A stretch of DNA of 40,099 bases, from positions 1 to 40,099 of the forward strand of contig JAVZSS010000002.1 in the NCBI GenBank assembly GCA_044343155.1, given 5' to 3'. Below, piece by piece: positions 8,297-16,902 of this stretch. The translations under genes were made by a program, and so were the position numbers. Position 1 is the first letter of the stretch; every line of letters begins with the position of its first letter. Under the pieces are notes generated by a model. That model did no database searches. It saw nothing but the letters and a program-made list of their open reading frames with translations, and had not been told where the DNA came from. This DNA is from Candidatus Aenigmatarchaeota archaeon. GTDB lineage: Archaea > Aenigmatarchaeota > Aenigmatarchaeia > CG10238-14 > SpSt-28.

Positions 8297-9223
8297 TTAC
8301 TCTTCTAAAATATACAAAGCTTTCATTCCCTTTTGATACCATTCCTTCAGTTGATTTTCCGTATATAATTCATATTCTTGTGCCAAATATCTTTGATGCC
8401 CCATCAATCTATCAACAATGGGTGCAGGAACTCCAGAAGAGATTAACTGTGTTTTAAACCATTTCCTTAAACAATGCGCATGTAAATTATATCTTTTACC
8501 AACTTTTTTTGCATATTTTTTAAAAGCTTTCTCTAGTAAATATTGTAAATTTTGGTAACTCATTTCTCTTCCATCTTCACTCGAAATTACTGGAGAGTTT
8601 TCGTTTATTTCTTCTCCAGCCATTTTTCTCTTTTCTAAATATTCTATTAGAAACCTTTTTGCTTCTGGCGTAATAAATGTTATTCTTGATTTTCTTTCTT
8701 TAGCTCCAATTCCTTTAATTCTTATAGTAGGAATTTCTTGATTTATATCAATATCTGAAATTTTTAGATTATGTAGTTCGCCAACTCTCATTCCACTAGA
8801 AGCCAAAAGTAATATAATAGTTTTTATTCTCAAATCGCTTTCTTCAACAATCCTTTTTAATTCTTCTTTGCTTGGTAAAACATCTTCATGAACATTAAAA
8901 ATTTTTAAAGGAATATCAATATCAACTTTTAAAGAATTGGCCTCAAAAAATTTCTTTAAGGCGGATATCCAGGCTGCAACTGATTTTGGAGCTAAATTCA
9001 TTCCAGCCAAATAAAGTGCATATTCTTTATAAATTTCATTTTGGTTTTGCTTTTGTTTAACTTCTTCTATAAACTCATCCAAATTTTGAATATTTTTATA
9101 TTCAACAAACTTTTTCAAACCCTTTAAATAAGTTAGCTTAGTATTGTTACTTCTAGTTAACAAATTCAACTCTCCAATCATTCTTTTTACGCTTTCAAAA
9201 TTTTCCAAATCTTTAGCTTTCAT
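8297..9223 (-). CDS. Tyrosine recombinase / integrase (XerA-like)
   Basis: Candidate catalytic residues are SSGMRVGEL (Arg I), HAHCLRKWF (His/Arg II), LMGHQ and a downstream Tyr (EYELY). The N-terminus has a SAM-like core-binding region (LTYLKGLKKFVEY). Confidence 0.75.
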   Translation of the reverse strand: MKAKDLENFESVKRMIGELNLLTRSNNTKLTYLKGLKKFVEYKNIQNLDEFIEEVKQKQNQNEIYKEYALYLAGMNLAPKSVAAWISALKKFFEANSLKVDIDIPLKIFNVHEDVLPSKEELKRIVEESDLRIKTIILLLASSGMRVGELHNLKISDIDINQEIPTIRIKGIGAKERKSRITFITPEAKRFLIEYLEKRKMAGEEINENSPVISSEDGREMSYQNLQYLLEKAFKKYAKKVGKRYNLHAHCLRKWFKTQLISSGVPAPIVDRLMGHQRYLAQEYELYTENQLKEWYQKGMKALYILEE

Positions 9224-9249
9224 TAAATTCTATATAGTTTTACGTTTTT

Positions 9250-9435
9250 TTAATCTTTTACTATTATAGCTTTAACTGGACACATTCCTGCAACTTCTCT
9301 AATCTTTTCTAAAGGAGCACCACTTGGATTCTTTACTGAAGATTTTCCATCATCATCAAACTCAAAAACTTCTGGTAACATTGAAACACAAAGACCACAA
9401 CCAATGCATCTTTTCTTATCAACTTCAACTTTCAT
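9250..9435 (-). CDS. Single-cluster 4Fe-4S (or 3Fe-4S) ferredoxin
   Basis: 61 aa. CIGCGLC ... CP arrangement, as in small Thermococcales/Thermotoga-type ferredoxins. Confidence 0.85.
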   Translation of the reverse strand: MKVEVDKKRCIGCGLCVSMLPEVFEFDDDGKSSVKNPSGAPLEKIREVAGMCPVKAIIVKD

Positions 9436-9449
9436 ATTTAATCAATTGA

Positions 9450-10310
9450 TTAGTACTTTATAACTTTTTTTATAACATTAGGAATTTCTTCAATTATATC
9501 ACTCGCCATAATTCCTTCACTATATTTTTTTGCGGCAAGTTCTCCCGCTTTTCCATTTATATATGCGGCAGCGCAAGCGGCAGTAAAACAATCAACTTTT
9601 CTAGCTAAAATAGCTCCCAATATTCCAGCAAGAGTATCACCCATTCCTCCTTTTGTCATAACTTTACAACCTGTTTTATTCAAAGCTATTTTTTGTCCAT
9701 CAGAAATTACATCTATTTGCCCTTTTAAAATAACTGTCAACTTATAATTTTTACAAAACTCTTTAACAAAGTTAATTCTCTCTTCTAAGTTTTCTCCAAC
9801 TCTTTTACCACTTAATACAAAAAATTCATAAGAATGTGGAGTTAAAACAAAATTTTTTCCACTAATAATTTCTAGATTTTTTGAAACAGCATGAATTGCA
9901 TCAGCATCTATTACACAAGGTATATTAACATTTTTTAAATATTCTAAAACAAATTCAAAAACTTCTTTTCTTCTTGTCATTCCACCACCAATAACAGTAG
10001 CTGTTTTATTTTTTGTTAATTCGAGGACTTCATCTAAATTTTTAATTGAAAAATAGTCACAATCTAAAGGATAAGTTATTAAGTCCGGCTTAAAACTAGC
10101 AATTATATCTGCTGCCCTTTTTGGAGCAACTATTGTAACTAAATCTACTCCACTTCTATAAGCCGCTAAAGCATTAAAAGTTGGTGAGCCAGAGTATATT
10201 TTACTTCCTCCTATTACTAAAAGATTGCCAAAATCGTATTTCCTACACCAATCCCTTCTCTCCCTATAAATATTTTTTAAAATCTTTTCACTAACAAATC
10301 TATAGCTCAT
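9450..10310 (-). CDS. nnrD: ADP-dependent NAD(P)H-hydrate dehydratase (YjeF C-terminal / carbohydrate kinase family)
   Basis: GNLLVIGGSKIYSGSPTFNALAAYRSGVDLVTI and the C-terminal GGMGDTLAGILG motif. Confidence 0.8.
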   Translation of the reverse strand: MSYRFVSEKILKNIYRERRDWCRKYDFGNLLVIGGSKIYSGSPTFNALAAYRSGVDLVTIVAPKRAADIIASFKPDLITYPLDCDYFSIKNLDEVLELTKNKTATVIGGGMTRRKEVFEFVLEYLKNVNIPCVIDADAIHAVSKNLEIISGKNFVLTPHSYEFFVLSGKRVGENLEERINFVKEFCKNYKLTVILKGQIDVISDGQKIALNKTGCKVMTKGGMGDTLAGILGAILARKVDCFTAACAAAYINGKAGELAAKKYSEGIMASDIIEEIPNVIKKVIKY

Positions 10311-10338
10311 ATATTATTAATTCTCCAATTATTTTATA

Positions 10339-11025
10339 ATGAAAACAGAAAATGTAATCGAACTAAAAAATGTATCTAAAATTTATAAAATGGATAACAA
10401 TGAAGTAGTCGCACTAAACAATGTAAATCTAAAATTTAGAAAAAGCGAGTTAGTAGCTATAGTTGGTCCTTCTGGATCTGGTAAATCTACTTTATTACAT
10501 ATTATTGGCCTTTTAGACAAACCAACAAAAGGAGAAGTTTTTATAGAAGGGAAAAGGACTTCTACGTTAAATGAAAAAGAAATATCAGAGCTAAGAAATA
10601 AAAAAATAGGCTTTGTTTTCCAATTTTTTAACTTATATCCTACTTTAACAGCTTTGGAAAATGTAGAATTACCTATGATGATTGCTGGTATAGATGAAAA
10701 AGAAAGAAAAGAAAGAGCTAAAAAACTATTAGAAGAGGTTGGACTAATTAAATTTAAAGATCATTTACCATCCCAACTTTCTGGAGGACAAAGACAAAGA
10801 GTTGCTATAGCTAGAGCTATGGCAAATGATCCATCTTATATTTTGGCTGATGAACCTACTGGCAATTTAGATTCAAAAAGCGGTGAAGAAATAATAAGAA
10901 TATTTAGAAATTTGAATGAAAAATATGGAAAAACTATAATTGTTGTAACTCATAATTTGGAAATTATTAAATATTTTAAAAGAATAATAAAAATAAAAGA
11001 TGGAAGAATTGTGGAGGATGAGTAG
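10339..11025 (+). CDS. ABC transporter ATP-binding protein (MacB/LolD-like)
   Basis: Walker A GPSGSGKST, Q-loop, signature LSGGQRQRVAIARA, Walker B ILADEPTGNLD and H-loop VTHN. Confidence 0.92.
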   Translation: MKTENVIELKNVSKIYKMDNNEVVALNNVNLKFRKSELVAIVGPSGSGKSTLLHIIGLLDKPTKGEVFIEGKRTSTLNEKEISELRNKKIGFVFQFFNLYPTLTALENVELPMMIAGIDEKERKERAKKLLEEVGLIKFKDHLPSQLSGGQRQRVAIARAMANDPSYILADEPTGNLDSKSGEEIIRIFRNLNEKYGKTIIVVTHNLEIIKYFKRIIKIKDGRIVEDE

Positions 11026-11026
11026 A

Positions 11027-12244
11027 ATGATTGAAATAAAGAAAATTTTATTGATTGTTATTCTTCTCTTTATTTTTACCCCATCTCTATCCGCTTTGCT
11101 AACACCAGCTTTAACATTTAATATATCTCCAAATCCAATTGTTTCCTTTCCAGGAACTGATGGCTATATTTACATTAATTTAAAAAATGTTGGTAATGAT
11201 TATGCTCAAGATATTAAAGTTGTTGCAATTAATATCGACCCTGGAATTGTATTGCCTTATGATAATGAAATTAAAATAGGTAATTTAGCACCAGGAGATT
11301 CAACTATTGTATTATTAAAATATTCTGTTCCAAATTCTATAGAAAGCGGATTATATAGAGTTAAAATAAAGATTGAGTATTGCCAAGAATCTAGTTGTAA
11401 AGATATTTATCAGTACGCTTTGATAAACGTACAAAGTCCATCAGCATTAAGAGTTAAATCTATATCACCAACAGAAATTAAAGTAGGTAATAGTGAAACT
11501 TTATACTTAACTATATCAAATGAAGGAAATTCTGAAGCAAAAAATATATTTATAACAATTAGAGATTTTAGTGGAAATCTTTTGACATTTGGCTCAGATA
11601 ACAAATACTATATTGAAAAACTTTCTCCAAAAGAAGAAAAAATTATAACATTTAATGTTTCTGTTTCTTCTTTAGCTAACCCAGGACTATATCCAGTTTA
11701 CATTTATGTAGAATATACAGATAAATCGAACTCAAGAATATTTATAAATTCTTCTTTTGGATTGAGAATTCGCGAAGATATTGATTTCTTTGTTGGTACT
11801 CAAGAAGTAAGTGGAAATTTAGTTACTATTTCCATAGGAAATATTGGATTATCAACAGCATATAGCGTAGTATTAGAAATTCCTTCACAGCCAAACTTTT
11901 ATTCTTCTGAGCCTTTAGTGTTTATAGGCAACATAAATCCCGGAGATTACACTTCTGTTTCTTTAAATATTTATCCCGCAAGAACAAATGAAAGCGAAAG
12001 AAAATATAACAATAGTTTAAAAATTTACCTTTACTATACTAATGAAAAAGGAGAAAGAGAAAAAGTGGAAAAAATTATAAAAATTAATCTTGAAAGAAAT
12101 ATAACCTCAACCTATTTTACTCCTAGATTTCAGCAAAAATCTCAAACCGAACCTTTTTATTATTTGAAATATATTATCGCAATTTCGATTATAATTTCTC
12201 TAATTTTACTTCTTTACAAACTTAAAAAAGGAAAGAAAAAATGA
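11027..12244 (+). CDS. Secreted, C-terminally membrane-anchored protein with three CARDB/S-layer-like beta-sandwich repeats
   Basis: N-terminal signal-like helix ILLIVILLFIFTPSLSA. Three related roughly 100-aa modules each end in ..GLY.V.I.IEY / ..GLYPVYIYVEY. C-terminal TM YIIAISIIISLILLLY plus KKGKKK, with many N-x-S/T sequons. The start is set at ATG 11027, 9 nt after GGAGG at 11013-11017. The track start at 11000 or ATG 11018 is also possible. Confidence 0.65.
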   Translation: MIEIKKILLIVILLFIFTPSLSALLTPALTFNISPNPIVSFPGTDGYIYINLKNVGNDYAQDIKVVAINIDPGIVLPYDNEIKIGNLAPGDSTIVLLKYSVPNSIESGLYRVKIKIEYCQESSCKDIYQYALINVQSPSALRVKSISPTEIKVGNSETLYLTISNEGNSEAKNIFITIRDFSGNLLTFGSDNKYYIEKLSPKEEKIITFNVSVSSLANPGLYPVYIYVEYTDKSNSRIFINSSFGLRIREDIDFFVGTQEVSGNLVTISIGNIGLSTAYSVVLEIPSQPNFYSSEPLVFIGNINPGDYTSVSLNIYPARTNESERKYNNSLKIYLYYTNEKGEREKVEKIIKINLERNITSTYFTPRFQQKSQTEPFYYLKYIIAISIIISLILLLYKLKKGKKK

Positions 12245-13503
12245 AGCTGCTAGATTTATTTAAATTATCATTAAACAACATCTTGCACAGAAAGTTAAGA
12301 AGTTGGCTAACAATTTTAGGAATTATTATAGGTATTGCCACAATAGTTTCTTTAAATGCTATAGGAGAAGGAATGAGAGAAAGAATAAATCAACAATTAG
12401 CTGGTTTGGGTCCAGATATAATTACTATTACTCCTGGTTATATTAGAGCGTCTCCATATCAGTTTGAAAGATACATGCAAATAATTAGAGGATTAAGAGG
12501 TGAAGAAAAAACCCTAACAGAAAATGATGCAAAAATAATTCAAAATATTCCTGGTGTGTCTTATGTTAATACAATAGTTTCTGGTAGAGGTAATGTATCT
12601 TTCAAGGGTCAATCTATTTCATTAACTATTCAAGGAGTAGATGCTTCGGTTTGGAAATACATAGAAATAACTCAAATAGAAAAAGGAAGATATCTTTTAT
12701 CAAATGATAAAAATGTTGCAGTTTTGGGGAATAGAGTTGCCTATTCTATTTTCAAAAACGAAATTAGGGTTGGCGATATAATAAATATAAATGGTGAATC
12801 CTTTAAAGTTGTCGGTATATTGCAGCCAGCAGGAGCATTAAGCGTTTTAACAGATTCTGCTATTTTTATTCCAAAAGAAGATGCGAGAAGAATTTTAAAA
12901 TTAAACAATAAAGATGTTTCTTCTATAGTTGTCAAAGTAAATGATGTATCTCAAGTAGATGATATTGCAAAAGAAATTGAAAGAAGGCTTAGAATTTTCA
13001 GAAAAGTTAATGAAAACAATCAAGATTTTACTGTAACCACAACACAACTAATTAAGCAACAAGTTATGAGTATTGCAGAAACGACAACACTTTTTTTAAC
13101 ACTAATTGCTGCTATTTCTCTTTTGGTTGGTGGGATAGGAATTGCTAATACTATGTTTACTTCTGTAATGGAAAGAACAAGATTAATAGGAACATTAAAA
13201 GCTCTTGGAATGACTAATAAAGATGTTATGGTTTTATTTATTTTAGAATCGATAATACTTAGCTTAATTGGAGGAATATTAGGAATTTCGGTTGGTATTA
13301 TTGTTTCAGATTTAATAGGTAGAATAACTATTTTTGGAATTGGAATGACAAGCAGAACAAGTCAAGGAATTCAACTAGTAGTAACGCCCCAAATTGTTTT
13401 TCTTTCTCTTATTTTTTCTATATCTATAGGTGTTTTGGCTGGTCTAATACCTGCAAGAAGAGCCGCAAAACTTCAGCCTGTTGAGGCATTGAGATATGAA
13501 TAA
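12241..13503 (+). CDS. ABC transporter permease, FtsX/MacB family
   Basis: TM1, then a large extracytoplasmic domain, then three C-terminal TMs containing the FtsX-type block GIANTMFTSVMERTRLIGTLKALGM. ATGA overlap with the upstream gene. Confidence 0.88.
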   Translation: MKLLDLFKLSLNNILHRKLRSWLTILGIIIGIATIVSLNAIGEGMRERINQQLAGLGPDIITITPGYIRASPYQFERYMQIIRGLRGEEKTLTENDAKIIQNIPGVSYVNTIVSGRGNVSFKGQSISLTIQGVDASVWKYIEITQIEKGRYLLSNDKNVAVLGNRVAYSIFKNEIRVGDIININGESFKVVGILQPAGALSVLTDSAIFIPKEDARRILKLNNKDVSSIVVKVNDVSQVDDIAKEIERRLRIFRKVNENNQDFTVTTTQLIKQQVMSIAETTTLFLTLIAAISLLVGGIGIANTMFTSVMERTRLIGTLKALGMTNKDVMVLFILESIILSLIGGILGISVGIIVSDLIGRITIFGIGMTSRTSQGIQLVVTPQIVFLSLIFSISIGVLAGLIPARRAAKLQPVEALRYE

Positions 13504-13557
13504 AAACTTTATCAGAAAAATTTAAAAACATTTATTTATATTTTACAATTCTTCTTT

Positions 13558-14589
13558 ATGATAAACGTAGCTGTAAATGGCATTGGAACTATAGGAAAAA
13601 GAGTAGCTCACGCAATAAAATTACAAAAAGATATGAAACTAAAGGCAATAATTGGACATCAACCAAATCCAATACTTAAAACTGTATTGGAACCAAATGG
13701 GTTCTTGTACGGTACAGATCTTTGGGCAGTTAATGAAGAATCTCTAAAAAAATTCAAAGAAGCAGGAATGATAGTGAATGGTACTTTAGAAGAACTTTTA
13801 AAAAAAGGAGAAATTGATGTAATTGTAGATTGTACACCAGAAGGAGTTGGAAAAGAAAATAAAGAAAAAATATATTCAAAGTATAATGTAAAAGTTATAT
13901 TTCAAGGTGGAGAAGAAGCAGATGTCGCTGAAATTACATTCAATGCCTTAGTTAATTATGAAGAGGCACTAGGAAAAAGATTTGTTAGAGTTCCAAGTTG
14001 TAATACAACTGGCCTAATTAGAACTTTACATGCAATAGATTCTAAAATAGGAATTGAAAAAGCTTCTGTCTTTATAGCAAGAAGAGCTGCCGATCCTTGG
14101 GAATATAAAAAGGGACCTATTGATGCTATAGAATTTGAAGAAGTACCTTCTCATCATGCTGAAGATGTAAAAACAGTTTTGAAGAATTTGAATATATTTT
14201 CTATGGCTATTAAAGTTCCTACTACTTTAGCACATACTCATATGGTTGAAGTTGTTTTAAAAAGAAGTGCAAAAAAAGAAGAAATAATAGAGGCTTTTGA
14301 AAAACAAACTAGAGTTGTTTTATTAGATAGAAAAGAATATCCATCAACATCTATGATAAGAGAAAAATTTAGAGATTATATAAGACCTAGAGGAGATATG
14401 TACGAAATAGTTGTTCTTAGAGACACTATTCACATAGAAAATAATATATGCAGGTGGATACATGTAGTTCATCAAGAAGCTGATGTCGTACCAGAAAACA
14501 TAGATGCAATAAGAGCTATGACAGAAATAGAAAAAGATAAATGGAAAAGTATAGAAAAGACTAACAAATCTCTAGGTATTGTTAAGTAA
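13558..14589 (+). CDS. gap: Glyceraldehyde-3-phosphate dehydrogenase, archaeal type II
   Basis: N-terminal Rossmann motif VAVNGIGTIGKRV and active-site VPSCNTTGL, characteristic of archaeal phosphorylating GAPDH. Confidence 0.9.
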   Translation: MINVAVNGIGTIGKRVAHAIKLQKDMKLKAIIGHQPNPILKTVLEPNGFLYGTDLWAVNEESLKKFKEAGMIVNGTLEELLKKGEIDVIVDCTPEGVGKENKEKIYSKYNVKVIFQGGEEADVAEITFNALVNYEEALGKRFVRVPSCNTTGLIRTLHAIDSKIGIEKASVFIARRAADPWEYKKGPIDAIEFEEVPSHHAEDVKTVLKNLNIFSMAIKVPTTLAHTHMVEVVLKRSAKKEEIIEAFEKQTRVVLLDRKEYPSTSMIREKFRDYIRPRGDMYEIVVLRDTIHIENNICRWIHVVHQEADVVPENIDAIRAMTEIEKDKWKSIEKTNKSLGIVK

Positions 14590-14850
14590 AGTAAAGGTAA
14601 CTAATGTACTATTCTCTTTTTCTTCTATTTTTTCTATTTTGGCTTTCAATCCCATTTCTTTTAAGAAGTATATTAAATCTTCAAAGTAGTCGTAGTAGCC
14701 ACATGTTAAACAAAAGTAACCACTAAACTCTACTAAAAATTTATCTTTTTGATAGTATACTAGTCTAGCTTTTGCTTCTGGGCTTCTATATTTGTTATAT
14801 TCTTCAATTGCTTTATCAATCAATTCTTTGTTCATTTTTCCAAAGTCCAT
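14572..14850 (-). CDS. Small hypothetical protein with a single CxxC motif, immediately downstream of superoxide reductase
   Basis: 92 aa, or 87 aa from the second Met at 14835. Motif YFCLTCGYYDYF. Overlaps the SOR stop and the converging gap stop. No family recognised. Confidence 0.5.
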   Translation of the reverse strand: MDFGKMNKELIDKAIEEYNKYRSPEAKARLVYYQKDKFLVEFSGYFCLTCGYYDYFEDLIYFLKEMGLKAKIEKIEEKENSTLVTFTLLNNT

Positions 14851-15187
14851 GAATGTTACAATAAGCTATTGCAATCAATGTTCCTTTTTTATTTAATTTT
14901 ACTTTAAACAATGCTGTTGGTTCAACATATATTTCACTAGTGTTTGGTCCTTTTGTTGATTCCCCATGCGCATTAAATTCTGCCCTACCTAAGTTATATA
15001 CAAAAGCTTCATTATCTGGTAAAAATAATAGTTCTATATACTTAATGTGGTGTTCTGTTGTATTAGGATGTGGAATTTCTTTACCTACAGTTACTCTAAT
15101 TAAAGCAAGGTTTTCTTCTTTTTCAATTTCAATTACTGGTACATGCTTTTCTTTTTTCCAATCTTCAGTTTTAAAAATTTCTACCAT
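14816..15187 (-). CDS. sor: Superoxide reductase (neelaredoxin-type, 1Fe-SOR)
   Basis: Near-collinear with the Pyrococcus SOR pattern: DWKKEKHVPVIE, GKEIPHPNTTEHHIKYIEL, AHGES, CNIHGLW (His4-Cys iron ligands). The start is set at ATG 15185-15187. The track start at 15196 is a GTG. Confidence 0.92.
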   Translation of the reverse strand: MVEIFKTEDWKKEKHVPVIEIEKEENLALIRVTVGKEIPHPNTTEHHIKYIELLFLPDNEAFVYNLGRAEFNAHGESTKGPNTSEIYVEPTALFKVKLNKKGTLIAIAYCNIHGLWKNEQRID

Positions 15188-15215
15188 CTTTATCACTCTA
15201 AAAAATAAAAAAGTG

Positions 15216-15863
15216 TTATTCTAGGCTTTTATAGCAGAACCACCAATCATAACACTCTATTTCTTTTTTAGCTGCCTTTTCTAATCTTTCTTTAGCGACT
15301 TTTTCTGATTTAGCTGGAGGTATTATAACTTTATTTCCTATAAGTTCGTTGTTCGGCCAATTTGCAGGTAATGCCACTTGATTTCTATCTGAAGTTTGGA
15401 GTGCTCTAACCATTCTTAAAATTTCATCTATGTTTCTTCCAACTTCTTGTGGATAATATAGTATCGCCCTTATTGTTCCTTTTGGATCGATTACAAAAAC
15501 TGCCCTAACTGTATTTGTTCCTTTAGCTTCATGAATCATGCCAAACATTGATGATATTTTTCCTAAATCATCTGCAATTATCGGAAATTCTATCTCTATT
15601 CCTAACTTCTCTTTAATCCATTCTACCCATTTTATATGAGAAAAGACTTGATCTATACTTAAGCCTATCAACTCTGTATTTAATTTTTTAAATTCTTCGT
15701 ATCTCTTTTGAAATGCAACAAACTCTGTTGTACATACTGGTGTGAAATCTGCTGGATGACTAAAAAGTACTACCCATTTTCCTTTATAGTCGTTTGGAAA
15801 CTCTATTTCTCCCTTTGTAGTTATTGCCTTGAATTGTGGTGCAGGATCCCCTATCTTTAACAT
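15216..15863 (-). CDS. Peroxiredoxin (Prx6/archaeal Prx-type thiol peroxidase)
   Basis: Peroxidatic Cys block [13 protein letters not shown]. The start is set at ATG 15861-15863 ([11 protein letters not shown]), 4 nt after a GGTGAT SD. The track start at 15875 is a TTG. Confidence 0.92.
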   Translation of the reverse strand: MLKIGDPAPQFKAITTKGEIEFPNDYKGKWVVLFSHPADFTPVCTTEFVAFQKRYEEFKKLNTELIGLSIDQVFSHIKWVEWIKEKLGIEIEFPIIADDLGKISSMFGMIHEAKGTNTVRAVFVIDPKGTIRAILYYPQEVGRNIDEILRMVRALQTSDRNQVALPANWPNNELIGNKVIIPPAKSEKVAKERLEKAAKKEIECYDWWFCYKSLE

Positions 15864-15881
15864 ACACATCACCAAAAAATA

Positions 15882-15919
15882 TTTATGGTACGAAAATATA
15901 TACTTTATGGTACGAAAAT
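15882..15919. promoter_or_regulatory. Two perfect 16-bp direct repeats (TTTATGGTACGAAAAT), a putative operator in the divergent prx/lrp control region
   Basis: Copies at 15882-15897 and 15904-15919, with a 22-bp period. They lie between the prx ATG (15863) and the lrp ATG (15907). The second copy contains the lrp start codon. Confidence 0.55.
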
Positions 15920-16335
15920 CGGAAATAAATAAAATTGAAAAAATTTTGAATATTTTGATGGAAAATTCAAGAATAAAATTTACACATTTAGCTAAACAGC
16001 TAGGAGTAACTGAAGGTGCAATAAGAAAGAATATAGCAAACCTGATAAGAAAAGGAATAATTAGAAAATTTACAGTAGATATAGACTGGAAAAAGGTTGG
16101 TCTAAAAACCGCATTTATAGGATTTGATTGTGAACCAGAATACTTTGATAGAATTATTGAAAATATAAAGAAGATTAAAGAAGTAAAAAGAATATATATT
16201 AGTAGTGGTGATCATCAATTTATTGTTTTTACCATATATAAAACCGGAAAAGAAATTAAAGACGTTATTAAAAAAATTAAAGAAATAAAAGGAGTAAAAA
16301 AAGTTTGTCCATCTATAATTGTTGAAGAGATTTAA
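15907..16335 (+). CDS. Lrp/AsnC-family transcriptional regulator
   Basis: [36 protein letters not shown] followed by a RAM/ACT-like C-terminal domain (AFIGFDCEP...VKKVCPSI). The start is set at the first ATG (15907). The upstream part of the track ORF overlaps prx. Confidence 0.85.
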   Translation: MVRKSEINKIEKILNILMENSRIKFTHLAKQLGVTEGAIRKNIANLIRKGIIRKFTVDIDWKKVGLKTAFIGFDCEPEYFDRIIENIKKIKEVKRIYISSGDHQFIVFTIYKTGKEIKDVIKKIKEIKGVKKVCPSIIVEEI

Positions 16336-16598
16336 ATTTCGTTAACTTCTTTCCTTCCTTCTTCTAATTCTTTTTCTTGCTCCTTATCCATTTCTAACAA
16401 CAATGTTAAAAATTCCCCTATATGTGTTTTTTCCTCTTTCGCTATATCTAGCAAAACTTTTTTAAGTTTTTTGTTATTCGTATTTGCTGCTAATTGCTCA
16501 TATAAACTAACTGCATCTAACTCTGCTATTAACCCTAATCTAGCAATTTGTTTATCTTTATCTTTTTCATCAATTTTAGTTGGCTTTTCTGCTAACAT
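16332..16598 (-). CDS. EncFtn-like (encapsulated-ferritin family) mini-ferritin / rubrerythrin-like half-ferritin
   Basis: 88 aa. ELDAVSLYEQ ... IAKEEKTHIGEFLTLLLEMD parallels the EncFtn di-iron pattern E-L-E-A-V-x-x-Y-D-Q ... EEKEH ... L..L...D. Its stop shares a TTAA with the lrp stop. Confidence 0.65.
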   Translation of the reverse strand: MLAEKPTKIDEKDKDKQIARLGLIAELDAVSLYEQLAANTNNKKLKKVLLDIAKEEKTHIGEFLTLLLEMDKEQEKELEEGRKEVNEI

Positions 16599-16634
16599 AC
16601 AATCTATAGATTTTCAAAATTAAATAAAATACAT

Positions 16635-16709
16635 GGGCCCGTAGCGTAGCTTGGATAACGCGCCTGGCTTCGGACCAGGAGATCGTGGGTTCAAATCCCA
16701 CCGGGCCCA
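16635..16709 (+). tRNA. tRNA-Arg (anticodon UCG)
   Basis: Cloverleaf GGGCCCG-TA-GCGT-AGCTTGGATA-ACGC-G-CCTGG-CTTCGGA-CCAGG-AGATC-GTGGG-TTCAAAT-CCCAC-CGGGCCC-A. Anticodon loop is CU-UCG-GA. CCA is not encoded. Confidence 0.95.
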
Positions 16710-16902
16710 TTAAAATTTGTGGAAAAATAATATCTTCTACAAATTTAAAAATCACTCAAAATAATGATATTATAAGCTATTTTGGAGTGAGATTACGGAA
16801 TCAAAAATAAATTTCTTATTTTTGAGTTTATCACGAATAAAAAAACTAAACCAAAATACATTCAAGATTTTAAAACACGAATTTAGATTTTGGAATTACA
16901 AA

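Noticed and set aside
15829-15906. Upstream extension of the Lrp/AsnC ORF (track start 15829)
   Set aside because: It would overlap the peroxiredoxin coding region and add a non-homologous N-terminus ([26 protein letters not shown]). The first ATG at 15907 gives a canonical Lrp N-terminus.
8297-16709. Integrated element spanning from the tyrosine recombinase to tRNA-Arg
   Set aside because: The interval is filled with housekeeping genes (gap, ABC transporter, nnrD, ferredoxin). No att-like duplication of the tRNA 3' end was seen, and the recombinase is not adjacent to either tRNA.
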